A DNA stretch of 52,185 bases, filler included, from Stramenopiles sp. TOSAG23-3 (lineage: Eukaryota), in NCBI GenBank assembly GCA_900128585.1. It is 4 parts of 4 records of this genome, joined end to end, with 100 filler letters (N's around TTAATTAATTAA, not from the genome) between each part and the next. Parts side by side here need not be neighbours in the genome. Positions count along the whole stretch, not along the records: positions 1 to 23,960 come from LT642312.1; 3 more parts are not named here. One strand, given 5' to 3'. This document shows, in pieces, positions 11,801 through 20,500 of this stretch. The translations under genes were made by a program, and so were the position numbers. Every line of letters starts with the position of its first letter. Positions within the stretch are counted from its first letter, which is position 1. Under the pieces are notes generated by a model. That model saw nothing but the letters and a program-made list of their open reading frames with translations, was not told where the DNA came from and did no database searches.

Positions 11801-13417
11801 GCAACCCTCGACGGCGTTCAGGTGGGTCTCAATGTCCTCCAGTTCGACTCTATACCCACGAATCTTCACTTGGCTATCGGCCCGCCCGATAAAAATAACA
11901 GACCCGTGTTCATCCTCTCTCACGAGATCACCCGTCTTATATATTCTTTCCCCGTCGACAAAAACAAATTTTGACGCAGTTTTGTTCGGAGCATTCAAAT
12001 ACCCCAAGGTCACACCTTTACCACCAATGCATAGCTCCCCCTCTTCACCTTTTTTAACTTTCTTCATAAGCTCGTTTCGAATAGATATCCTGTATCCCGG
12101 GAGCGCTACCCCGATAGAGACGGGTTTTCCACTGAACAATTCCGCATAGGTAGCCGACACCGTCGTTTCAGTAGGCCCGTACATATTATAAAACCGACGC
12201 CCCGGTTGCCACTTACCCACCACCGGCGCAGTGCACTGTTCGCCTCCAACAATCACAGTCCGCAGCGCATCGAGCCCGTGCCCGTTCCCCATGATCGTCA
12301 AATTTGTCGGCGTTGTGTCCAAAATCGTGATTCGCAGGTCGCGGATGTGGTCTTTCAGATCGGCCCCCGACCGCATCATTGCCTTCGTTCCCACGACAAG
12401 GGTTGATCCACCGCCAAAGGCCGTCCATATTTCTCCAAACGATGCGTCAAAAGCGGTGCTGTACCCTTGAAAAACTCTATCCTGCGGAGCGCTTGCGAAC
12501 AGTGTCCGGAGTACCTTCACGTAGTGCGCGGCGTTTCGCACCGAGACCATTACCCCTTTCGGCTGGCCAGTGGTCCCAGACGTGTAGATAATGTACGCCA
12601 CCTTTTTTTGTATAGTAAACTCAGCATTTGCGTAGTCCATCTCTTTTTTGATCCCACCAGCTGTTCCTACGTACGACTCGGACACGGCAGTCCCCTTTAA
12701 AACTACGTGCCCCATAGAGGTAGAAATTTGCTGAACACAGACTTTCTCGTCGGCGTTTGCGCTGTCAGCTCCATGCAGCAGCAACGGCAACCCTTCCTCG
12801 ACCCGGACAATTGCTGCAGCACCTGAATTTGAGAGAGTAAACAAAACTCTGCTCTGCGGAAATGATATATCTATCGGCACGTAAGAGCAGTTGGCTTTCA
12901 TGACGCCTAACATGGTAACGTATACCTGTACCCCACGGGGCAAGTATATGGCTATGACACTCCCCGGCAGAATTTGCAGTTCACGCAGCTTTTTTGCTAT
13001 CGCTTCCGCCCTCTCGTTTATTGTTTTGTAGGAGTACGAAACTCCCTCTTCTTCTATCGCTACGTTGTCTGGATATTTGTCGCAGACTTCTTGAAATATT
13101 TCATGGGTTTTTTTGTACGGTTCGGGTTTGGTCTGTTCGTTTGAAAATGTGAACGAAGAACGGAGTGTTTTGAATGGGCCTTCCCCCCACTTTCTAGAGT
13201 TGGGGCTCATGTTCTTGCTTCCTACGTCCACGTCTTTAAGCAACTCGTAACGAGATGAATCGGACAACGACCGATGGGATCTCCCAGAATTCGACCAAAA
13301 GCTATCCACAACACTGCCATACTTCTTGCCGCTGATTTTCGGAGACCCAGAGTTCACAGACAGCAGCGGCGTTTTGAAGTCCCCCCCTGAGTCGTCACCC
13401 TTCTTCCCACCAAACAT
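8849..13417 (-). CDS. Single-module NRPS-like enzyme of the Pls/PosA (epsilon-poly-L-lysine synthetase) family: A-T-membrane/3x left-handed beta-helix terminal region
   Basis: A-domain motifs AYIIYTSGTTGQPKG, FDAS, NMYGPTE, GELCIGGKGVTLGYL, YKTGDL, GRADSQVKIRGYRVELEDIE, SGKV; carrier motif IFDYGFNSV; no C or TE domain; three TM-hairpin + hexapeptide repeats with YPLWSLNYFRWW, PMWSCFIWR, LQTHLYEDR. Confidence 0.9.
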   Translation of the reverse strand: MFGGKKGDDSGGDFKTPLLSVNSGSPKISGKKYGSVVDSFWSNSGRSHRSLSDSSRYELLKDVDVGSKNMSPNSRKWGEGPFKTLRSSFTFSNEQTKPEPYKKTHEIFQEVCDKYPDNVAIEEEGVSYSYKTINERAEAIAKKLRELQILPGSVIAIYLPRGVQVYVTMLGVMKANCSYVPIDISFPQSRVLFTLSNSGAAAIVRVEEGLPLLLHGADSANADEKVCVQQISTSMGHVVLKGTAVSESYVGTAGGIKKEMDYANAEFTIQKKVAYIIYTSGTTGQPKGVMVSVRNAAHYVKVLRTLFASAPQDRVFQGYSTAFDASFGEIWTAFGGGSTLVVGTKAMMRSGADLKDHIRDLRITILDTTPTNLTIMGNGHGLDALRTVIVGGEQCTAPVVGKWQPGRRFYNMYGPTETTVSATYAELFSGKPVSIGVALPGYRISIRNELMKKVKKGEEGELCIGGKGVTLGYLNAPNKTASKFVFVDGERIYKTGDLVREDEHGSVIFIGRADSQVKIRGYRVELEDIETHLNAVEGCESAVVAVQKNKVSNAQELVAFVVCEGNKFNPSNARNYLKQSLPKFMIPNAFVKIRPGDIPHSNISGKVLRQKLPYWNTLQILVDPRLLSNVTGKGENAMPQTATEQYIVQLLLDILQVSIPIEENIFDYGFNSVSGALLVSKCRKEKDWSFVKMKDVYEHTTPKALSTYIDGCLSETKAALEGFDVGARVNTIPLLNSSNLNSFWNRPRYCVVVTLQCLVFVWFAVLLNVMILLQQYLSDNTPTWFFYLQLGLFPIFAPMLLFIQAVVVKYLIVGRFEEADYPLWSLNYFRWWLLHRLVINPLFLPGHAIAAFSMRILGANIGKSAYLGGTPFLEADLVTIGDNVTMQTDSVLQTWLIENRILKLRKVCIGDNAYIGERSVVSLGSRIGSGVVIHPLSITPQFSQVADHTEVAGSPGKPLSGSKASPLKRALSELKVSALQSGRSNCVYSFVVQTMILLLLAIQLTVVQSALVGPILLFYLYVPQFHTELSNFDAVALLKWVPALALAQQFLACSLLCVMKRLVSGSSKEESIVRLDSFEYARRFFAKYTMRLLMTGPTRGMTETVFMRSVLSLGMGMDVGEGSEIDVSNWGPKPELVTVGNNCMINGGALLGISPVYHGRMMLRRTVLEEKTFLGNMCVVPQGSVLSSNSLLGVMSCSPQQMEQGSTYLGSPSFKLPSRKEWRNVDKTKSTDLTFNPPCHVWFARLFMNTLKIVTSTTMVLLLMLFYMGVYNFVDIVYGIPETDDFLSITFLIKFGWWLLISVSSPFALVFVCAIGKWLWVCKYRPVQVPMWSCFIWRSDLAYEMEIFMRGVIRVFDGTPVMNWVYRLFGVDIGSDVFLFSATFMEHDLTHIRDGAVVTGGTLQTHLYEDRFYKTGHVHIGEGALVAPGGFALYDSHMARASSLSSNSLIMRNEKFQHHIRYFGLPAQPHQGDTDLSYSQAQKIYEETKDEYERLKNRLHESKIAVYDAKAREIDGVFEDVV

Positions 13418-14004
13418 GGTGGAAATTTACGAATACTTTGCAATAAAAAACAATGCAAAAAAACGAATCTTCATTAATTAATTTTTTTTCTTTAATAATA
13501 ATTCTTCGTAAAGTGTATTCAGTATTAATCATGTTCCTGATTACATGGATTGATCGAAGGAATGTTGTTAGTTCCCTTACTCCAGACTGCGCGTTCGTTT
13601 TTTCCCATATCAATGATTGTGGATCTGAAGTTCTTCTTCCTTCGCCTTCCTCCTCCTCCAAATTGCTGCGTTGTTGTAGTAGAGGCACCTCGTCGTATTG
13701 TACATTATAAATATACCAACTAACTAACTACATGTTAGAGAAGTATTCACACCACCATTCATTCATTCTTCGCGATTGAAGTTTTGATGTTTTGTCAAAA
13801 CAACCCTTTTTTTTTATTCTAGACGACGACAACACTATTAATTAATAGCAAAACTCACTACGGTACCTACGTAGTCGTCTATAATAGTACTACCGAACCT
13901 ATTTAAAGAAAGTACGAACAATTAGTCTATGTACTCAGTCATGTAGTCCGCAAATATTATATTTAGTCCGTCTTGTATATTTCGTGCACCAATTACATTT
14001 TTGT

Positions 14005-14099
14005 TGTGTAAAAAAAACAAATTATATAGTGTAGTATGCTTTAAGACTCTCATTTTATATCAATTACAATTTCAGTTCCAACCTTAATCCTAACTTGAG
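14005..14099 (-). repeat. Dispersed repeat family B, copy 2
   Basis: Reverse complement aligns to 1696-1783. Confidence 0.8.
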
Positions 14100-14262
14100 T
14101 ATATATATATGACTCTATTTTGTAATAGATGAGAAAGTACATGCCTAAACAAGTTGTGTTTGATTTTGAAAAAAACTGCTGGAGATATTATCGAGTCACA
14201 CCCAAAGGCAAATGAATTTTCATTTTAAAACTGTAGACTTCTGCACACTATCTCGGACAATG

Positions 14263-17124
14263 TTAACGATAAGACCTGCCGTTCGCTTGCTTGGCTTCCA
14301 TAAGCTTGAAGCGGCGATAAACCTTCTGAAGATCGTGGCCTAGACCTTGCAATTGGAGGGCCAGCCTCGCGTTGCTATCCAACAAAGTAATCACATCTCG
14401 CTGAAGGTGACCCACGGCCTCCCGGTCGTCATTCTCCGAGAATGATTTCCCGGCTTCTCGCTGGGCAGTCGCAAAATATTTTTCCAAATAATCCCCGGTA
14501 CTTTCAACTAGTTCATCGATCATCGACACAAGTCGCCTAACACCCTCTTGCTGGTCTTTAAGGCTATGGGTCACAGATCGAAATTCTCCTGCCCCCGATG
14601 CTCCGGGACTGCTCAGTTGACTCATACCTAAGCGACTCCCTACTACATGCCCAGTCGAATCGTTTTTAACAAAATCCCTTGTTGTGTCTACCTGCCTGAG
14701 AATATTTTGTTTCCCGGAGCTGCCAGGGTCTCCACGATAATTCATATCAATCTCACCATTTCGGGAGAACACCATGTTATCTTCGTGGGGTTGGTGGCTG
14801 CGAGAAAACCCACTCTGCTTTTTGTTAGAACTATCGTGCATTTCATGTGAGTATCTCTTGATTTCAGAGTCTCTTACTTCGATCTGACGATGAAGTTTCG
14901 TCTGTGTGTTTTTCAAAATATTCATCTCCTGCTGGGCCACGTCAATCGCTTGTTTCAGGGCTTTGTTTTCACGGCGCTTTTCGTCTAATTCGCTTTGTGC
15001 GGTACTAGAAAGCCTTTTGTACCTGTTCTTCTCTTCTTCTACAAGCCTCAGCTGTGATTGCACGTGGGTTACATCTTTTGCGGATATAACAGACTCTTGC
15101 AGGTGGTGTTCCAGCTGATTCATCTTTGTGCACTTTAAATCGTAATCAGATTTTGACCGCAGAAGCTCGTGCTCCAGGCGGGTCACATTTGCCGCAAGGT
15201 TTGCTCTCTCCTCGATCATGTGGGTTAGATTTTTTCTCTCCTCCTTCCGCTCTTCCTCAAACATCGCAACTGCAGCGTTGTCCCGAGACTGCTCCACGAC
15301 ACGGGAGGACAATTTCCTTATATTGCCACTGATCCGAGCTAAATCGTTCTCGCGCGAAGCAAGTTTTGTGGTAAGGGATTCAATTTTGGTCAAATATTTT
15401 TGTTCCACAAACACGATTGAATCCTGAAAAGCCACGCGCAATCTTTTAATTTGTTCTAGCTGTTCCAAAACATGCCGTCGGGGATAGCCCTGGTTCAATA
15501 TACGTGTAGTCGCGCTCATGCCCTCTCTCGTTTGACGATCAATTTCTGCCTCCAATGCTACGGCAGACGGGTCTCCACTCCCTGGGGCAAAGCATTCGCT
15601 CAAGTTTGCCTGCACCTGTCTTTCCCACAACGAAAATTCTTTTCTCAAGGACGCTTCCCTGTCATGAGCATCACGCCGAATCTGCTCCACCTCAGTCTTT
15701 GATTTTGCTTCCGCGTGCCGTATTTGGTCGTTTAACTTTTTCATGGTCAGCTCGGTCGCCTCTTTGGCCGATAGCGATGATTCCAAAAGCTTCAGGTGTT
15801 CGTGCTCGTCCCGTCTGGATTTTTCTTCCATGGTATTTATGCGCTGCTGAAGCTCTTCTACTAATTGTTTGCTTCGTTTCAAATCATCATGGTCCCCCTC
15901 AAGCCTTTTCTCGGCGTCGGCCAGGGCGAATTGCGCCTTTTCCAAATCCCCCCTCGCGGTCATCACAATTTGATCTTTTTCCAACAATTTGTGCATAAAT
16001 TCTTGGCGCAGGGTGGCTTCCTTTTCGCTTAACCCAGCGGCAAATTCTGACTCACGTTGCTTGCTAGCTTCTTCCATATTCTTCAGCGTTGCTCGACAAA
16101 TAGTGAGCTGTTTATCCAATTCTTGCATTTCCTCGGTCGTACACTGAAGGGTTGCGCTAACTTCTTTCCGCTCCTTGTCCGTGGTCTCTCTCGCATCCCG
16201 ATCTTCCTGTGCGGTTATAATGGCTTGGTGGAGTTCCTGCTCCAACCGAGAAATTTCTTCTGCTTCTAATCTTGAAAGCTCTTCCCCTTTTTTCTCCAAT
16301 TCTGCCTTGATAACTTCGTTTTGTTTTGATTCTTCTTTCAAAGCCTCGATAATCTTCTCCAAGTCTTCCCTTTCCACACTCAACTGCAAAATCTTCTCGT
16401 CCTTGGCATTGAGCTCTTCAGAGAGTGTCGCGTGCGACTCGGCTGCAGGACGGAGGACATCGATCTGACCTTCCAATATTTTTATTTTGGACAATGCTTC
16501 TTCGAGTGATGCCTGTGTTCGACTATTTACCTCCTTCACTGCCTCGAATTCTTTCCCTGCAGCCTTTGCCTGCGCCAGCTCCTCAATAGTTTGGTTCGCA
16601 TGTTCGGTCAACTCTTCCACCTCCCCGCTCAATCGCCGAATTTCGGTGTCACGTTCTTGCACCATTATCTCTGCCTGCTTTAACATTTTGTTCTTCTCGT
16701 CTATGATGTGGTTCTTCTGTTTAAGCGCCGGGTGGGAATCGTCCAAAAGCTCTTCTGCGGACGCACGGGCCAGCTCCAGATCGGCTTGTAGACTTTCGAT
16801 GGCATTCCGTGCTTTGATCAACAGGATATTCCTCTCTTCCAGTTCGTTCGTTTTTTCCTCACACATTATTCGTTGTTGAAAAAGTTCTTCTTCAACCTGC
16901 GCCAAGTCAGGGGACACGGCCCCTGGGGCCAACTTGGCAAGTCGTTCTTCTAAATAAAATATGCGCAACTTCATGTTAAAGGTATTCTTTTGCATCTTTG
17001 TCAATTCCGCCGCGTCATGTTCTTTTTTGGAAGGCGACGCCCGCTGCATAGATCCCGTTATGTCGCTCAAAACACTCGTCCCTGTATCACCACCAGCAAC
17101 TGCCGACTGGGAAAAATCCGACAT
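14263..17124 (-). CDS. Centrosomin N-terminal motif 1 (CM1) coiled-coil protein (CDK5RAP2/Cnn/Mto1-like gamma-TuRC anchor)
   Basis: KKEHDAAELTKMQKNTFNMKLRIFYLEERL fits the CM1 consensus (KENFxLKLRIxFLEE); long coiled coil follows. Confidence 0.8.
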   Translation of the reverse strand: MSDFSQSAVAGGDTGTSVLSDITGSMQRASPSKKEHDAAELTKMQKNTFNMKLRIFYLEERLAKLAPGAVSPDLAQVEEELFQQRIMCEEKTNELEERNILLIKARNAIESLQADLELARASAEELLDDSHPALKQKNHIIDEKNKMLKQAEIMVQERDTEIRRLSGEVEELTEHANQTIEELAQAKAAGKEFEAVKEVNSRTQASLEEALSKIKILEGQIDVLRPAAESHATLSEELNAKDEKILQLSVEREDLEKIIEALKEESKQNEVIKAELEKKGEELSRLEAEEISRLEQELHQAIITAQEDRDARETTDKERKEVSATLQCTTEEMQELDKQLTICRATLKNMEEASKQRESEFAAGLSEKEATLRQEFMHKLLEKDQIVMTARGDLEKAQFALADAEKRLEGDHDDLKRSKQLVEELQQRINTMEEKSRRDEHEHLKLLESSLSAKEATELTMKKLNDQIRHAEAKSKTEVEQIRRDAHDREASLRKEFSLWERQVQANLSECFAPGSGDPSAVALEAEIDRQTREGMSATTRILNQGYPRRHVLEQLEQIKRLRVAFQDSIVFVEQKYLTKIESLTTKLASRENDLARISGNIRKLSSRVVEQSRDNAAVAMFEEERKEERKNLTHMIEERANLAANVTRLEHELLRSKSDYDLKCTKMNQLEHHLQESVISAKDVTHVQSQLRLVEEEKNRYKRLSSTAQSELDEKRRENKALKQAIDVAQQEMNILKNTQTKLHRQIEVRDSEIKRYSHEMHDSSNKKQSGFSRSHQPHEDNMVFSRNGEIDMNYRGDPGSSGKQNILRQVDTTRDFVKNDSTGHVVGSRLGMSQLSSPGASGAGEFRSVTHSLKDQQEGVRRLVSMIDELVESTGDYLEKYFATAQREAGKSFSENDDREAVGHLQRDVITLLDSNARLALQLQGLGHDLQKVYRRFKLMEAKQANGRSYR

Positions 17125-17568
17125 CCTTGCTTTGCCTATTTACTAATGTGTACATAGAAATCAGATGCAATGTTTAAAGTTTTGGAATTAAATTGTAATG
17201 AGTACAATAGTTCCATTTCAATTCAAATCGTGTTAAAAATTTGTTTATAAATATTTATATTACACTAAAGTAGAAATGCTCATTCCACCCCCCCGATGAT
17301 TCATCAACAACAACACACAACCAACAACAAAAAACCAAATCCAAAAATGTGTGCCTCCTGGAGTAGTGTAATGAATTGAACCCTATAGAAGACTCCAATA
17401 ATAAATTTTATTAACAACGTTCATTTTGTGTATTTTGGAACATAATAGGATAATTTAATTATAAACATTCATATACTCTACTAGAACAGACGACTACTTC
17501 TTGGTCCTTCAGTAAAATGTAATATGCGATTCTTTTTTTAAAATTTAGTCTAGTACGTATTTTTTTTT

Positions 17569-20500
17569 TCACGTGCTGCATGCTGCTTCGATGTTTGCAG
17601 CTAAATTGTTTTGAGCGTAAATGACTTTTTCAACAGTTTCAGTTTCCCCTTTGCGTGGTTTTAAAATAAAACGATGAATATTCACTTTGCGCTTTTGGCC
17701 TGAACGAAATACACGGCCGATTGCCTGTTGTTCTTTTGCGATAGCCTCTACTAGATCACTTGAAAGCCACAACGGAGCGAAGAGGATAGCATCACGACTT
17801 ACATATTGAAAATTGTGGCCTGCTGCATGGGAAAAAGGAAGCAGCAACACCCTCGGGTTACGTTTGTCGGAGTCGCATGCGTCCGGGTTACTGAAACGCC
17901 GGATAATCGCTCGTCGTTCCTCTGCGCTTTTCTTGTTGTCAATGTAATCATAATTCAATTTGGATTCCCCCGGCGGATTTATTCCTTTGTTCAAACTTTG
18001 CTGCAATGACTTCTTTGCGACGTCAAATGCACCACAGTCAAGCGGGGCGAAAACGACGATTTTTGTAGTTTTATCTTGTGCGTGAATCCGCAGAGCCAAC
18101 TGTACCAAAGCAGTACCCCGATCTTCATCGGTGCCAAGGGCACGCAACAATTTCCTCCATATCACCGGTTTGGAATCTGCTAAGCTGAGAGATAGGCTAT
18201 TGTCGGACAAGTCCGTGTCGGCCTCAAGCTCTTTGCGGATCTCACCCACTGTTCGTTCAGTGCGTTTGCTCATTCTTACAAATGAAATGTCGTCTTTCTT
18301 CGTTCCTTTGTATTCTGTGGTACGATTCCGTTGCACTGCAGTCGTTATAAACTTTTGTGCGTGTTCGAAACAGCGGAGCCGATATGCTCCCGATGCAAAA
18401 AAGCTGCTGTCAAGATCGCCAAGGAACATGTCACGACCACTAGCCCTTTCCATGTTCCGCCAGTGCTTCGAAGCTCCGCACACGAGCGAGCCGCCGCACA
18501 TAGAAGCAAGCTCCGTTGTTCGCTCGACCGTAGAAAGCATCGGAGTCCCTGTAAGGCCCCAAATACCTTTTCGACAGAGCAGTGGCCTATCTTTCAAATT
18601 GACAGATGCCACACCCATGATCTCCCGAGCTGCTAAAGGGCCTTTGTGAGATGACACTTTCGCGTCTTCTTCCCCAACTTCTCCTACTCCCGGGCACGTT
18701 GCTTCATGGCATTCGTCGAATACCACACGCTCCCATTCAAAATACTCAACCGGGATACAACGGGCACTCATGGGAATGGGTTTACGACGCAGAGACTCGA
18801 TGGCCGCTTTGTAGTGTTCCGTAAAGTAGGCAGAAATATTTCTTTTTTCCTGGTTCCCTTTTGTCCCGGCATAGGGCTCGGCAGGGTGACCTGGAATCCA
18901 AACCCCTACCAGGGATTCCGTCGCTTTTTGGCCCAAGTGCATGGGCACCTTGTCCGGCAATGCGCTGTGGCCAGATTGTCTTCGAAGATTATCGATGTAG
19001 CTGGGAACATTTCCTGCCTTATTCTTGCAAAGAATTTCCATGGAGCATAGAACAATATCCGCTTGGCACAAATCTTTTTTTGTAATCTTCGTTAGGGATT
19101 TTGAGTCTTCAATTTTGAAAACCTTCAGGGCACTGCCAGTAAATTTCTTTATCTCATCCTCCCAACTACCAATTAGATTGTCTGGCACCAACACCAACGA
19201 CGCTTGCGAATAGTTGCTGGTGCCCAGTTTGTTTGCATTTTTGTTTTCGTGCAGTGTCCGCCGCTTTTCCGCAGCGGCCCGGGAATGCGCTATCAAAGCA
19301 ATTGTTGTTGCCGTCTTTCCGCCTCCCATTACATCCCCCAACACCCCACCAAACATTGTTTTTACCAACGATGCTTTGGCTTCAAGCCGCCATCCTACGC
19401 CTGGCAGTCCAAATTCTCTGCGCTCTTCCTCACAAAATCTAACCATCTCACTTTCAATTTCTTGCATTCTTCCAAGTGCGCGCTGTTGTCTTGGGTACAG
19501 AGGCAAATTTTTATTCCACATGGTAGGATCTCTCGCTTCCGAATACTCTTCACTTGTAGGAATTACAAAACTTGAAGGGACGTTGTGTATGCTTTTGTCA
19601 GGCTGGGTCAATTTCCACTGTACGTGAAAATCTCCCCCCGGTCGAACTATGTCTTCGCCATAGCGGCCTTGCAACAATGCTGCGGTTGCCCTGTGGGCGA
19701 CAACACTTGGTTTGGCAATAATTTTCATCTCTGAATCACTTGCTTGTACTTGCCAAGGTGTCGGGCGGTTACCAAGGGCTTCCTCAAACGCGTTTGACTC
19801 ATTCGTGTCATAAATGGGCTCATAATAGAACTTGCCTTTAGCCCGTTTGTGCACTCTCCACGTTCGCCTTGGCCGAGGAGGAATTTGTGCGGTATCAAAC
19901 CCCCATGTTTCAGCGGCCGAGAAGTTCTTTAAGTTCTTGTCACTGTCCCCAAAAAGATCGTTTGACTTTTGTTTTGAACCAAATCGTAAGAGCGAAGGAT
20001 TCAGCAAAGAACTAAAGCGTTTTTCTGTCATCGCTGACGTTTGGCCTACCCGATCAAGCCTCAGTGACAAATGTTTTGGAATTTTGTTCATTGCACGCCC
20101 CCGCCTGTTTTTCCTTTTCAGTGCTTCTAATGTTGGTTGAGAAATATACTGCGTTTGGTTGGAACTAAGCCCCTTAATCGTTGCCACTAAAACATCATTT
20201 CCTAGCTCTGTGTTATCCTCTTCCTTCCCAGCAACAACTTCTATTGTGCTGCTTAATGCAAGGAAAACGACACCGGGCTCTTTTTCCCAAACTATTTGGG
20301 TGGGCATTTGAGCGGGCAATAGAATTCCTTGTCTCCTAGGATTAAGAACATCATCCCATCTTAAACCTTTGAACACCATCTTTACTTCATCTGTGTCGAG
20401 GTAGGATGGACTGCCTGCAAGTACGATATCATCTTCTCCTGTGAGATCAACATTTGGCCTCATATAGATAGAATTGCCGTTTTCAGAATTGTACAAAATG

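Noticed and set aside
1806-13417. TylF methyltransferase + NRPS as a biosynthetic gene cluster
   Set aside because: Separated by a gap and an unrelated centriolar gene; the methyltransferase looks secretory-pathway targeted; no mechanistic link
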